64,000 bases of DNA from an uncultured Bacteroidales bacterium (GCA_903946925.1 CAJAXK010000103.1:2388-66387); one strand, 5' to 3'; shown: positions 19,941-31,349, counted from the stretch's first letter. Translations and numbers: made by a program. Notes: a model not told the origin generated them from the sequence alone.

Positions 19941-22900
19941 CTAGAATGTAACATCAACTCCAAAGGCAAATGTCCGGTTAATAGGGTAAACACCTCTTTG
20001 ATATCCGTCAATTAAAGGGCTTGAATATGGGCCACTCGTTTTTCGTCCTTCTGGATTTACGCCATCATATTCATCAGACATCAGGTACAACAGGTTCTGT
20101 GCTGAGAAATACACACGTAAAGCAGAAAGTTTTATGGAGCGTACAAACTTTTTTGGAGCGGTGTAACCAAAGGTTAAATCGCGAAGTGCTGTATATGATC
20201 CGTTTACAATACCATAATCAGTAAGTAACAGGAATTTCCCGGCAGTATTGGTTCCATAAACGGTTTTGCCATCACCGGGGAAAGCAGGACTTACAAAACG
20301 GTTATCGGTATAGGCAGTATTAGTACGAAGCGTTTCATTGTAATTCATGTTACCATCAATAATATCAACACCCTGTACACCCTGGAAAAGAAAACTCAGG
20401 TCGAAATTCCTAAATGTGAACGTATTTGTTAGCCCCCATGTGAAATCAGGGAAAGGGTCTCCAAGAACAACGCGGTCGTAACTATCAATCTGGTAGTCAC
20501 CATTCTGGTTCACAACTTTTAGTCCTCCAATAACAGGAGTAAAATCGCCCCAATTAAATGGCATTCCGGTTTCCGGGTCTTTCATAGCCTTGGCAGCAGC
20601 AACATCTTCAAAAGTGAGATATACGCCGGCTGACTGGAACCCAAAATACTGAATGGCCTGTTCGCCAACGATAGCCCTGTAAACTTCGTTACGTTCGCCA
20701 AAATTATCTTCGTGGTCTTTGTTTCCATAGCCCAAAAGCTCGTTTTTATTCGCCGAGAGATTGGCTGTCAAATTCCATTTGAAATTTTTCTTATCAATAT
20801 TTACTGAGGAGAGTTCCAGTTCAATGCCATTATTGCTCACCTCACCAATATTATTCCAGTACGTTTGGTGTCCGGTGATGTACATTGATGGGGATTGCAA
20901 CAACATTGCCTTGGTTGTTGAATTGTAATATTCAACCGAAAGGTTCAAACGGCTCTTAAAAAATCCAAGATCAATACCAAAGTTAGCCTCCTGGGTTTGT
21001 TCCCACGTAATGTCGGGGTTTCCCAAGGCTGTGTTGTTGGAAGCCAAACCTGGATGAAGGGTCCCTATACCGCTCCCTGTTGGGTAATTGCTGGTATTTA
21101 AATAATTCATGTACGAATATTGGGGGATGTTGTTGTTCCCTGTCAAGCCGTAACTCACGCGCAACTTTAAATTCGTTAGCCAAACGATACCTTTCATAAA
21201 CTGTTCTTCAGATGCACGCCAACCAACGGAAGCAGCCGGGAAATTTCCCCATTTATGCCCTTCGGCAAACTTAGAGCTTCCATCGCTGCGGAAACTTGCC
21301 GATACAAGGTATTTTCCCTTATAAGAGTAGTTAATACGCCCTAAAGCCGAAACCATTGATTCGGTATAATAATAAGAAGTGGTACCAGGCAAATCCGGGC
21401 TGTCGAGGATAAGGGTTGAAGCCATGTTAAATGAAATAATTTCTTCGTCAGGAAAACCGGTGGCTACAATTGTATTTGCCTTGTTACTGATTTTTTGCGC
21501 TGTAAATCCCAGTAAAGCACCAAAATCGTGATTGCTTATTTTTTTTGCATAGTTCAAGGTATTTTCTGTCAACAAATCGGTCATGAATGTTCCTGTACGG
21601 GTAAGCTTATTTGGATCACCGGCTTTTGATGCTTCAGTTTGTAGTTTTTCATTGAATTCGCGATAAGTAACATAAGCGCCATTCGATGTTTTAAACTGAA
21701 GCCCTGGTATAATATCAATGGTCAGATACATATTGGATTGCATCCTGTAATCATCGGTCAGGATACTGGTACGGTCGCGTTGCGACACAGGATTATGCAT
21801 TGAAGACCCGGAAGCACTGGCAGAAGTAACACTCCATATTTCGTTATTTAATCCCATCCCGCTTAAATCAAGCCGGCCATAATGATACGGATGAGCATAA
21901 GTGCCTACAGGCTGGCCAGTTATAGCAGACGTTGCCTCGGTATGAGCAATTGGCATCCAGGTTGGGAAACGCAGATAACTGGTAAGATCTACACCGGGTG
22001 TTTCCTTTTTGCTGTAACTTGGATTCAGGTTAAACCCTAAAGTAATGTTTTTGGAAAGCTTCATATCCACTTTTGCGCGAAAACTGTACTTGTCGTACGA
22101 ACTGTTTTTCATTATGCCGTCCTCGCTGTTGAAATTTCCTGAAATATAATAATTGGTTCCACTGCTTCCCCCCGAGGCACTTAACTGATAATTGTTTTTC
22201 ATTCCATTTGGCCTAAGCGCTTCGGAAACCCAATCAGTTTCTTCACCAATATAGTTTATTAGCAAATATCCAAGCTGATCGCCTTCGTTAGTTAAATCGA
22301 AAGGCATTGTTGCCGAAGTTCCGTCAACCGAAGGATCCAATCTCCTCTGTTCAGCTTCCTGGGCGTACAGTTTCGTTTGTTCCGATTGGCTCAGAACCCC
22401 TGGCAATGTATAAGCACTTGTAATACCGCTATACATTTTAAAATTATATTTTGGTTTTTTGATGTTCCCCGATTTTGTGGTAATCAGTATAACCCCGTTT
22501 GCCGCGCGGGAACCGTACAAAGCAGATGATGCCGCGTCCTTCAATACTTCAATTGATTCCACATCACCCATGCTAACCATCGACATGCCATCGGCAACCG
22601 GAAATCCATCCACTACTACAAGCGGATCAATGTTTGTGCTAATTGATCCCATTCCACGCACCCGGATTTGAGGAGCTTCGCCTGCATAAGGATCAACATT
22701 TGCAACTTGCACCCCCGACATTTTCCCTTGCAAAGCCTGATCGAGCCTTGATACCGGAATTTCATCCAGTTTCTCAGCCTTTATGGAAGCGATTGAACCC
22801 GTTAAATGTGATTTTTTCTGTTTCCCATAAGCTACAACAACAAATTCGTCCAGTTTTTGGGCATTCTGTTTCAAGATAACATTAATAACTGACTGTGCTC

Positions 22901-23255
22901 CAACTTGTATTTCCTGAGTTACAAAACCAATAAATGAAAATACCAAGGTAGTGCTATCATCAGGAACATCAAGACTATAAGTACCATTGCTGTTTGATAC
23001 CACACCCGAGGTAGTACCTTTAATGATAATGCTCACACCGGGTAAGGGTACCTGCTGTTCATCGGTGACAGTACCGGTTACATTTTTTTTAGAAACCATG
23101 GTTTCAGATGATAGCGGAACTGTTCCGGTAAAATTGCCTGCCTCTAGGTTTATACCATTAAGCAGCAGAAACAACGCTGTTAGTGCTCCAATCCATCGAA
23201 ACTTAAAGGTTTCCATTTTTAGATAGGTTTTGCAATTCATCACATTTTTTTTCAT
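19941..23255 (-). CDS. susC: SusC/RagA TonB-dependent transporter
   Basis: Carboxypeptidase-like N-domain, IRVRG, PLVVVDG, IEVLKDAASSALYGSRAANGVILITTK, C-terminal ...GVDVTF. Confidence 0.97.
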   Translation of the reverse strand: MKKNVMNCKTYLKMETFKFRWIGALTALFLLLNGINLEAGNFTGTVPLSSETMVSKKNVTGTVTDEQQVPLPGVSIIIKGTTSGVVSNSNGTYSLDVPDDSTTLVFSFIGFVTQEIQVGAQSVINVILKQNAQKLDEFVVVAYGKQKKSHLTGSIASIKAEKLDEIPVSRLDQALQGKMSGVQVANVDPYAGEAPQIRVRGMGSISTNIDPLVVVDGFPVADGMSMVSMGDVESIEVLKDAASSALYGSRAANGVILITTKSGNIKKPKYNFKMYSGITSAYTLPGVLSQSEQTKLYAQEAEQRRLDPSVDGTSATMPFDLTNEGDQLGYLLINYIGEETDWVSEALRPNGMKNNYQLSASGGSSGTNYYISGNFNSEDGIMKNSSYDKYSFRAKVDMKLSKNITLGFNLNPSYSKKETPGVDLTSYLRFPTWMPIAHTEATSAITGQPVGTYAHPYHYGRLDLSGMGLNNEIWSVTSASASGSSMHNPVSQRDRTSILTDDYRMQSNMYLTIDIIPGLQFKTSNGAYVTYREFNEKLQTEASKAGDPNKLTRTGTFMTDLLTENTLNYAKKISNHDFGALLGFTAQKISNKANTIVATGFPDEEIISFNMASTLILDSPDLPGTTSYYYTESMVSALGRINYSYKGKYLVSASFRSDGSSKFAEGHKWGNFPAASVGWRASEEQFMKGIVWLTNLKLRVSYGLTGNNNIPQYSYMNYLNTSNYPTGSGIGTLHPGLASNNTALGNPDITWEQTQEANFGIDLGFFKSRLNLSVEYYNSTTKAMLLQSPSMYITGHQTYWNNIGEVSNNGIELELSSVNIDKKNFKWNLTANLSANKNELLGYGNKDHEDNFGERNEVYRAIVGEQAIQYFGFQSAGVYLTFEDVAAAKAMKDPETGMPFNWGDFTPVIGGLKVVNQNGDYQIDSYDRVVLGDPFPDFTWGLTNTFTFRNFDLSFLFQGVQGVDIIDGNMNYNETLRTNTAYTDNRFVSPAFPGDGKTVYGTNTAGKFLLLTDYGIVNGSYTALRDLTFGYTAPKKFVRSIKLSALRVYFSAQNLLYLMSDEYDGVNPEGRKTSGPYSSPLIDGYQRGVYPINRTFAFGVDVTF

Positions 23256-23277
23256 AGTAAGGTTAGTATTGATGCCC

Positions 23278-23384
23278 GAATGATAAAATTATATAGATGG
23301 GCTTGCGTAATCTCTAAATTATCAGCCTTGTTTTTAAAAAAATAGGTCAAATTGAAACTTATCAGTCAGGTTGATTGATAATTG
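23278..23384 (-). promoter_or_regulatory. Conserved 107-bp promoter/operator module upstream of susC
   Basis: Ungapped match to 31409..31515 and 36048..36154; -7-like TAATTTTA (23284-23291, minus strand) and palindrome ttatcagtca-ggt-tgattgataa. Confidence 0.8.
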
Positions 23385-23981
23385 TTAAACACTTTTACTC
23401 AGGAAAAGGAAACTTGATAATTACCTTTGGCTTGATAGATTCCCACAGACAAATAGTATCTAATATTGAGTTCTTTATTGGCTGTTGGGTAAAGTATGAC
23501 GAGAAAAAAGTGGCAAGAATCTGGAGATAAACATTCCGTTTTGCTCTCCACAAAAATGTTTATCTAATTCTATCATGCTTTAATCCTTCAAATGAAAGGC
23601 AAATCGAATTTTTGAATATTTCAGGTTAGAAGCATCCTCAATCAGCTAATAAAACTGCTGTCTCCTCGGAATATTACATCCACAGATACACGCTATTCAA
23701 GTTCTGTGAGTTTACGAAGCAATATTCAACAAGTAAACTTCTACTGGCAAATATACAGAAATCGAACGATTGCTTTGCAGGGTTTGAATAATTACAAAAT
23801 ATTCATTGCTTGATAACAATGCTGAAGGTACTTAAAGTGTCTAAAAAACATAATGTCAAAGCATTAACAAACATCAAATTGCTAATTTTGTTAAAAACTG
23901 CTATCTGAAAATTTGAAAATTTGAATGAATGTTTACTCTTTTAAAATGTCGAAAGTCTGTTTTGTAAGGATAAAAATGTTG

Positions 23982-24025
23982 CATAAAAAAAACACAGTTA
24001 CCGGCATAAAGCAGATAACTGTGTT
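23982..24025 (-). terminator. Intrinsic terminator (homologous to 32036..32078)
   Basis: A8-cacagttacc...gataactgtg stem with U-tract on the minus strand. Confidence 0.7.
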
Positions 24026-24161
24026 GTGAATAGTTTGATTTACCGTTTACTGACTTCCAATAAAAATGGTCAAGGCTGGACAATTAAAGATAACCAACTA
24101 ATTTCAATCGTTCTTTATCAATAATATCGTATTGAACGATTGGCTATTCCTGCTAAACAAT

Positions 24162-27100
24162 TTATTGTGTTACAACAACTTTTTGTGTTACGGTCAATTT
24201 TTTGGTAACCACTTTTACGATATAAACACCGCTTGCATTTGTGTACAATTTGGTTTCGCCTGAGTTTAGACTGGAACTTGCAACTAATTGGCCTGATGTG
24301 GAATAAACATAAATATCACCTTCAGCAATCCCATCCTGTACAACATGTATGGTGCCATTAGCTGAGAAAGTGCGTATCCCCGAATTATCAAGCTCTTTGT
24401 TACTGGTAATTACGGTAAACCATACTTTAAAACGGTTCTCTAAATCACCCGGTGCAGCGGTGAAGGAATATACTGGGTTTATCCGCAAATCTTGTACGCT
24501 ACCCAATTTCAAATCCTGAAGAAAAATTGGGACTGTAGGGTTGAAACTTTCGATACCTTCCGCCGAAATTGTATAAGTAGACGCGGCACCAACCATTAGT
24601 CCAAGAGGAACATTTTGGCTTGTAACGTAGGAAGGCAAAGTATTTACAGCAGCTTTTGTATCCGTCAAGATCGAGTACATTTGAGGAGCCATAGTAATTC
24701 CAGCAAGTTTGTATGCATCCAATGCCTGATCGAAACCCGTTGTTGAACCCGTAACAAAACGAATGTAAGCAACATCCGAATAACCGTTTCCATTCACGGT
24801 AAGTTTAAGCCTATCCTGCAACGAAGCAGTATTCTTAAGGAAAGTTCCACCTAGCGTTTTTGATGCTGAAGTGAGTGTAAGGGAATTTGTAGCAGAACCG
24901 GTTCGTACAACGAATCCTTGAAGCGATGCAATGATGCCGGGGAAATCGCTTGTACCAATCGAAAGTGGGTTATAATTTGCTCCGTTCCACACATAAGCAA
25001 ATGCATTTAAATCGCCGCTGAGGGTACACAATTCCGGATTTATCCCCGAAGGATATGGGTTTCCAACCAAATGATAGCCCGATTCGTTGCCTGGAGGTGT
25101 GGTGGGATTAGTGTATGACAAATTGGTATAAGCTACCGGTGTTGGTTGCAAGGCTCCTACAAAACTTAAAGTGCGGGTATTTCCTGTTGGATAATTGATG
25201 CTATATCCTGTTAATGGAAGTATTGGGTCATTGAGAACCAAACTTGCCCAGGTACCATTAGGCTCCAGGTATTTTTCTAAATTCGAACCATTGAACACCG
25301 ATGTTGACGAATTGATAACATTGGTTGTAATTGGCGAAACAAAATGATGCTTTATTTCGGGTCCTGCAGTTATGTCACGTTCAATGGTAACATCGCCGGT
25401 AATGGTTCCATTAGTGATAAACGAAGCACCTGATGCAACTGTAAATGTTCCGGAACCAACGTTGATGCCACTATTAGTGCTAAAATTCCCTCCAATTGCA
25501 GCGGTTGCGCCTGTAGCAAAAGCAATATTTATTCCGCCTGCTACCTGAGCAATACTGAGTGCTGAACCTACCGGAACATCTAAATCAACTCCTGTTTCCC
25601 CCTTAATAGTTAAAGTTACTGGTGCTGAAGCTTGAAGTTCAAGGTTGGTATTGTTCGATAGCAACAATTGCCCTATGGTTTGATCAGGTACATTGGTAAC
25701 AATTATATTACCTCCGCTATTAAACTCAAGTACATCGTTGATTTGTGGATTTGTACGTGTTGGCGACCAGTTACCAGGAATGGCCCAGGATGCAGTTCCG
25801 CTTTGATTCCAGAAATAGGTACCTGCCGGGGGCGCTAATGTGGTAGTAGTAGCTGTTGGGCTTGACACGGTGTAATAATTATAGGTCGCCGCATTTAATC
25901 CATCTGAATTAACTGACATAATACAAAAACTATATGTCGAATTTGGTGATAGACCGCCAATAGAAAATGCTGCAGTTGTACCAGAACTGATATTCGCCGC
26001 TACAGATCCATCCCCCAATACAGTGCCTGCCGGATAAACAGTAGCGTCCATTGGGATTCCAGTTGGCGCTGATGAACCTTGTTTTTGCAAGATAAAATAT
26101 CCATCGGCAGCCACCGCCGTCCAGCTAAGTTCAACAGTTGTAGCACCGGTTGCAACAGCAGTAAAATTAGTTACCTGATTTATCGGTTCGTCGGCCAAGG
26201 TATAAAAATCGCTTTCTAAAGTCAAAGTTGTACCAACGCTATTGCTTGCATACGCTTTATAGAAAATATGCGATTTGGCAGGAAGCGGTGTGCGCACATG
26301 CGAAAAAACACCAATTGAAGTTGAAGTGTCTGCCAGTTTATTATTGGTTATAGTAACCCCTGTTGATGTGTTCCAAACGGTTCCCCTTTCAATAATTGCA
26401 TTATCTCCATCGTAAGTAATATTACCGCCCAATGTAGCCGAATTGTTTAGAACATTCGTGGCAGTTGGATCCTGTATTGATGGGGCAATTGGACTGAGAG
26501 TGGTAAACGGTGCTGAAGCTGCGGAAAGGTAAGAGTCGGCAAAATTCACAAAATTGTCACCTTTAGCCATAACCTTGTATGTGTATGTACTGTCAGGGAT
26601 AAGCCCTGTTATGGCCAAAGCCGAAACAGCCTGACCAGTAGTGTTGGTTTTGCTGATAAGGCTTGTACGTTTGTAAAGGAATACCTCATAACCTGTTGCA
26701 TTTGTTACAGGTGTCCAGTTTGCGGTAAATCCGGTACGGGTAATATCTGTTGCAATGCCTACAACCGGTGCTGGTAGTGTAACCGGATTTGTCAACCTGG
26801 TAATTACCTGAACTACTGACATACCGCCTGAGCCATTGTTCCTCACCCGAAATTTAGTTGGAACTGCCCTGCTTATGGGTATAACATAAATAGAATCCAA
26901 ACCTGAGGCTTTGCTTGCTGTGTTATACACATAAGTCCCGATCAAATCCCATACGCTTGTGGATGTATTATATTCTTCCAGCACAAAACTTCTTTCGGCC
27001 GTACCTGTATATGCGTGTATTTCAATTTGTTCAACCGAATTTATTTCCGGAAAAACGACAAGGCTGTTATATGAATTCTTATCCAGGTTAAAATCATTTA

Positions 27101-28598
27101 TATGTTCTTCGCCCCTTCGATCTTTTTTGTTCGCTTCCCTAACCACCGCTTTTTCGAGGATAAAACCATTTATTGAATAGGATGGGAATGTTCCATTTGC
27201 AGGGGTTTCAGGAACAGGTATACCCCAAGTTCCATCGCCGAGGTCAGTATGTATTGTATCTAAAATCACATAACTGGTAATAAAAACTGCTGAAGCTGCT
27301 GATGGGGTGGAATCAAAATAGGTGGTCCCGTCGCCTTTGGCTATTACTACAAAAGTATAGGATGTGCCGAACGACAAGCCAGTTACGGCCAAACTTGAAG
27401 TTGCCTGACCCGTGGCATTGGATGTGCTTACAAGCTGAGTGCCAAGATATACCCTGACTTCATACCCTGTAGCATTGGCAACGGGAGTCCAATTTGCGGT
27501 GAAACCGCTTGCCGTAATATTCGTTGCAATTCCTACCACAGGCGGCAAAAGGCCTAAAGTTGTAAATGCAGTAGATTCAGCGGATGGGTCGGAATTTGTA
27601 TAATTTATACCATCCCCTACTGCTGTTACCTTATATGTATAAGTGGTACCAGATGAAAGCCCCGATATGGCAACGCTTTCGGTAACCTGCCCACTTGCAT
27701 TGGTAGTATTAACAAGAGTGGTTCCAGAATAAACTTTAACAATATACCCGGTTGCATTAGCTACCTGGGTCCAGTTTGCTGTAAAACCCGAGTTCGAAAT
27801 TGCAGATGCTACGCCAACTATTGGCGATGGCAGTTTAGGTATCTGAACGGCTACTGCAGAAGCCCATGAGGTTGATACCCGTGCTCCACTAACATTATAC
27901 TTTGAGACAGAGGTGCCATTTGCCCTGAACCAGAAGTTGTTCAAAGAAGTTCTTATTGTAGCCGAGGTATTATCAAAGACCTCAGGTGTTGTTGGTTCTG
28001 TGCCGGAAATTATAGGATTTATATAGATTGATGAAGTTTGGGTTGCAAAATCATACTTTAAAACAATCAGAAAGACCTCGTTTACGTCTGCAAACTCGGT
28101 TGTTCCCCATTTGATGTCAGCACTCGACTGGCTTCCCCTGGTTGTACCAAATCTGAAATAAGTTGTATTTATAGCACCTTTTCCAACATATACTTTTGCA
28201 CCTGCATTTGTATTTATTGCCATCCCAAAAACCTCTGATTGTGATTGAACCTGAGTAACCCCTGGTTTATATATAAAAGTTAAATATACGGGACCAGTTG
28301 TTACAGGTGTAGAGGTAAAGGGTTTTAAGGAATAATAAGCTGTGGCAGATGAAATATCGCAATTTATTGTTTTTCCTGCACCGGAAAGGAAATACGGGCC
28401 ACCAGAATTTGAGTAGGTAAGTGCCGGTGATACAATATTTCTTCCTGTACCTGTGGTGAGTGTTCCAGCAGTTGTCCATGTAGGTTCAAGTGCCAGATTT
28501 GAAACTGTGTAGTCAAAGGTTTCATCATACAAAACCTGTCCTTTGGAGTTCAGAAATAAGGAACACAGTGCTAGTAAAAGTATTAGTATTTTTTTCAT
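24162..28598 (-). CDS. Large T9SS-secreted FN3-repeat protein (family paralog P1)
   Basis: Shared N-domain; FN3 repeats (GFTANWT..NATGY.V.VY...GL..GTTYTY.V.A); central KKDRRG module; GYHLVGNPYPS domain; type A CTD ...GVYIVKV...KVVVTQ. Confidence 0.88.
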   Translation of the reverse strand: MKKILILLLALCSLFLNSKGQVLYDETFDYTVSNLALEPTWTTAGTLTTGTGRNIVSPALTYSNSGGPYFLSGAGKTINCDISSATAYYSLKPFTSTPVTTGPVYLTFIYKPGVTQVQSQSEVFGMAINTNAGAKVYVGKGAINTTYFRFGTTRGSQSSADIKWGTTEFADVNEVFLIVLKYDFATQTSSIYINPIISGTEPTTPEVFDNTSATIRTSLNNFWFRANGTSVSKYNVSGARVSTSWASAVAVQIPKLPSPIVGVASAISNSGFTANWTQVANATGYIVKVYSGTTLVNTTNASGQVTESVAISGLSSGTTYTYKVTAVGDGINYTNSDPSAESTAFTTLGLLPPVVGIATNITASGFTANWTPVANATGYEVRVYLGTQLVSTSNATGQATSSLAVTGLSFGTSYTFVVIAKGDGTTYFDSTPSAASAVFITSYVILDTIHTDLGDGTWGIPVPETPANGTFPSYSINGFILEKAVVREANKKDRRGEEHINDFNLDKNSYNSLVVFPEINSVEQIEIHAYTGTAERSFVLEEYNTSTSVWDLIGTYVYNTASKASGLDSIYVIPISRAVPTKFRVRNNGSGGMSVVQVITRLTNPVTLPAPVVGIATDITRTGFTANWTPVTNATGYEVFLYKRTSLISKTNTTGQAVSALAITGLIPDSTYTYKVMAKGDNFVNFADSYLSAASAPFTTLSPIAPSIQDPTATNVLNNSATLGGNITYDGDNAIIERGTVWNTSTGVTITNNKLADTSTSIGVFSHVRTPLPAKSHIFYKAYASNSVGTTLTLESDFYTLADEPINQVTNFTAVATGATTVELSWTAVAADGYFILQKQGSSAPTGIPMDATVYPAGTVLGDGSVAANISSGTTAAFSIGGLSPNSTYSFCIMSVNSDGLNAATYNYYTVSSPTATTTTLAPPAGTYFWNQSGTASWAIPGNWSPTRTNPQINDVLEFNSGGNIIVTNVPDQTIGQLLLSNNTNLELQASAPVTLTIKGETGVDLDVPVGSALSIAQVAGGINIAFATGATAAIGGNFSTNSGINVGSGTFTVASGASFITNGTITGDVTIERDITAGPEIKHHFVSPITTNVINSSTSVFNGSNLEKYLEPNGTWASLVLNDPILPLTGYSINYPTGNTRTLSFVGALQPTPVAYTNLSYTNPTTPPGNESGYHLVGNPYPSGINPELCTLSGDLNAFAYVWNGANYNPLSIGTSDFPGIIASLQGFVVRTGSATNSLTLTSASKTLGGTFLKNTASLQDRLKLTVNGNGYSDVAYIRFVTGSTTGFDQALDAYKLAGITMAPQMYSILTDTKAAVNTLPSYVTSQNVPLGLMVGAASTYTISAEGIESFNPTVPIFLQDLKLGSVQDLRINPVYSFTAAPGDLENRFKVWFTVITSNKELDNSGIRTFSANGTIHVVQDGIAEGDIYVYSTSGQLVASSSLNSGETKLYTNASGVYIVKVVTKKLTVTQKVVVTQ

Positions 28599-28658
28599 AT
28601 AATATTGTTTTTAAGCGAATTACTGGATTGGTTGTTTTTTTTATTGAATATTCAGCTT

Positions 28659-31349
28659 CTAAGGCATTTTCTTACCGGCAAATCCAGTTGCATTTGCATT
28701 TATAAGTTGCAAATCTGTTTCATTTACCATCCCATCCCCATTCACATCATTTGCAACATAACCGGTAACAAAGTTTGATGCATCGTTGTCAACAACAACC
28801 AAATCACCTGCATCAACAATGCCATCCTGGTTTACATCGCCGGCATACATACCAAACACACCGCTTCCAAGGTCTTTCATGTTATTGCCAAATGCTTGTG
28901 AAACTGAGGTGCTGAAATTATAATCCATTGTGGTTCCTGCAAATGAAACCGGGACGGAACTCCAAAGTTCGACGCTGTTGCGATGTTTGATTACGATGTA
29001 GTAGGAACCAGAAGCAAGATATGAGATAGAGTCGATTGACAGAGTTCCACCTGTGCTTAAATCTATTGCATTAAAAGTAAAAGCGGTTGCGTAAGGCGCT
29101 GTTGAATTGTGCAATTCAATGCTTACCTGATCAGCAATTTCAGGGGCAAATTGAGCAGCCGAACTCTTTTGAGCCTGGTTCATTGTATTGGATCCTGCGT
29201 AAAGACTTTCGAGGAAAACTGTGAGGTTGAGGGTTTTAACAGGTGGTGAAAGCAGGGTAAATGGTGCTGAAGCTACTGATAGATACGAGTCGGAGTAGTT
29301 TACAAAACCATCGCCTTTTGCAAGAACCTTGTACGTGTATGTTGAATCGGGGATAAGCCCTGTTATGGCAGCGGACGAAATGGTTTGACCACTTACGCTG
29401 CTTGTGTCAACTAAATTTGTACGCTTATAAACAAACACCTTATAGCCTGATGCATTGGTTACGGGTGTCCAGTTGGCAGTAAATCCAATATGAGTAATAT
29501 CCGTAGCAGTACCTACTACCGGCGATGGCAGCGTGGCAGGATTTGTATGCCTGGTAATTACCTGTGCTATATTCATCCCGCCACCTCCGGTGTTTCTCAC
29601 CCTGAACTTGGTTGGGACTGTTCTGGTGATAGGTATAACATATATGGAATCGAACCCCGAGTTCTTGCTTGCTGTGTTATATATGTAATTCCCAACTAAA
29701 ACCCATGCACTTGTACCTGAATTATACTCTTCTACTGCAAAAGGTCTTTCGGCTGAACCTGTATATGCATGCAATTCAATTTGTTTCACTGAATCTACAA
29801 CCGGAAACACAACTGCGCCTGCATTGGAGAGATTGTCAAGAGCAATGTCGTTAACATGCGTTTCGCCTCTCCGGTCTCTCTTGGTAATAGCTCTGATAAC
29901 AGATTTTTCCATAACAAAACCGTTTATTGAACTTGATGGGAAAAAGCCGTTTGCAGGTGTGGAAGAAGCAGGTGTACCCCAGGACCCATCTCCAAAATCG
30001 GTGTGAATAGTATTCACATTCATATAGCTTGTAATGAAAACCGGAGAAGCAGTTGAAGGTGACGAATCAAGATATGTTGCACCATCACCCTTTGCTATTA
30101 TCACAAAAGTATAAGAAGTACCAAATGACAAGCCAGTAATCGCCAGACTTGCAGTTGCCTGACCGGGGGCATTTGTGGTGCTAACGAGAAAGGTCCCCAG
30201 GTATACCTTAATATCATAACCACTAGCGTTAGCAACGGCTGTCCAGTTTGCAGTGAAACCGTTTGCTGTAATATTTGTTGCAACTCCAACTGTTGGTTGC
30301 GTAAGGCCCAATGTTATAAATGCAGCCGATGCTGCTGAAGGATCTGAACTGGAAAATGTTGTGCCATTGCCAATTGCTGTAACCGTATATGTATAAGTAG
30401 TTCCTGATGCAAGACCAGATACGGTTACGTTCTCAGTAGCCTGTCCGCTGGCATTTGTTGTGTTTACAAGGGTAGCCCCGGAATAAACTTTAACCGTATA
30501 CCCTGTAGCATCAGGTACCTGGGTCCAGTTAGCAGTAAAACCTGTAAGCGAAATTGAGGATGCTGTACCAACAATAGGTGAAGTTAGTTTAGGAATCGCA
30601 ACAATCGCCACTGCATCAGTCCAAGAACTGGAAACTCTTGCACTACTTAGATTGAAATTTGCTTTATTATTACCGTTATATCTAAATCGAATTGTACTAA
30701 GTGTATTTTTGCCTGTTCCTGATACACTGTCAGCTGCGTTTGCAGCCGGTTGTGAAGAAGATCCTAATGTTGGAGTGATAAAAATCGATGAAGTTAATTT
30801 TGTAAAATCATATTTTAGAACAATTATAAATACGGCATTCAAGTCAAAGTATTCTGTCACCCCCCATTTTATATCTGCACTGCCTGTATTGCCTCTGGTC
30901 GTACCGAACCTGAAACCAGTTGTAAGTCCCTTCCCAACCATTACTTTAGGCCCAGTGCTAGCTCCATCCCCGAGTCCAATTACTTCAGATTGACTTTGAC
31001 CTTGAGCTACTCCGGCTTTGTATAAAAAGGATAAATATACTGATCCGGAATTAACGCTACCAAATGCTTTATAGCAAATATAATCGGCAGCCCCATTTGT
31101 ATAATCACTATTTATTTTTTTTCCCTGACCGGAAAGCAAATAAGTTCCATCGGTAGTTACATAAGTTAATGCAGGAGTAGCAATATTTCTTCCCGTGCCG
31201 ACGACCGGGGGTGTTCCCGATGAAGTCCATGTTGGTTCTAGATCAAGTTTTGCAACACTATAATCAAATGTTTCATCCAGCAATACCTGTCCGAAAGTGC
31301 TCGTAATCAACGAGAACAGGGCAACTATTAAAGTAAAGTTTTTTTTCAT
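28659..31349 (-). CDS. Secreted FN3-repeat protein with C-terminal dockerin-like Ca-binding repeats (paralog P2)
   Basis: Shared N-domain, 3 FN3, central module, then LNLTVFLESLY...YYIVIKHRNS domain and GDVNQDGIVDAGD / NDVNGDGMVNETD; no type A CTD. Confidence 0.88.
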   Translation of the reverse strand: MKKNFTLIVALFSLITSTFGQVLLDETFDYSVAKLDLEPTWTSSGTPPVVGTGRNIATPALTYVTTDGTYLLSGQGKKINSDYTNGAADYICYKAFGSVNSGSVYLSFLYKAGVAQGQSQSEVIGLGDGASTGPKVMVGKGLTTGFRFGTTRGNTGSADIKWGVTEYFDLNAVFIIVLKYDFTKLTSSIFITPTLGSSSQPAANAADSVSGTGKNTLSTIRFRYNGNNKANFNLSSARVSSSWTDAVAIVAIPKLTSPIVGTASSISLTGFTANWTQVPDATGYTVKVYSGATLVNTTNASGQATENVTVSGLASGTTYTYTVTAIGNGTTFSSSDPSAASAAFITLGLTQPTVGVATNITANGFTANWTAVANASGYDIKVYLGTFLVSTTNAPGQATASLAITGLSFGTSYTFVIIAKGDGATYLDSSPSTASPVFITSYMNVNTIHTDFGDGSWGTPASSTPANGFFPSSSINGFVMEKSVIRAITKRDRRGETHVNDIALDNLSNAGAVVFPVVDSVKQIELHAYTGSAERPFAVEEYNSGTSAWVLVGNYIYNTASKNSGFDSIYVIPITRTVPTKFRVRNTGGGGMNIAQVITRHTNPATLPSPVVGTATDITHIGFTANWTPVTNASGYKVFVYKRTNLVDTSSVSGQTISSAAITGLIPDSTYTYKVLAKGDGFVNYSDSYLSVASAPFTLLSPPVKTLNLTVFLESLYAGSNTMNQAQKSSAAQFAPEIADQVSIELHNSTAPYATAFTFNAIDLSTGGTLSIDSISYLASGSYYIVIKHRNSVELWSSVPVSFAGTTMDYNFSTSVSQAFGNNMKDLGSGVFGMYAGDVNQDGIVDAGDLVVVDNDASNFVTGYVANDVNGDGMVNETDLQLINANATGFAGKKMP

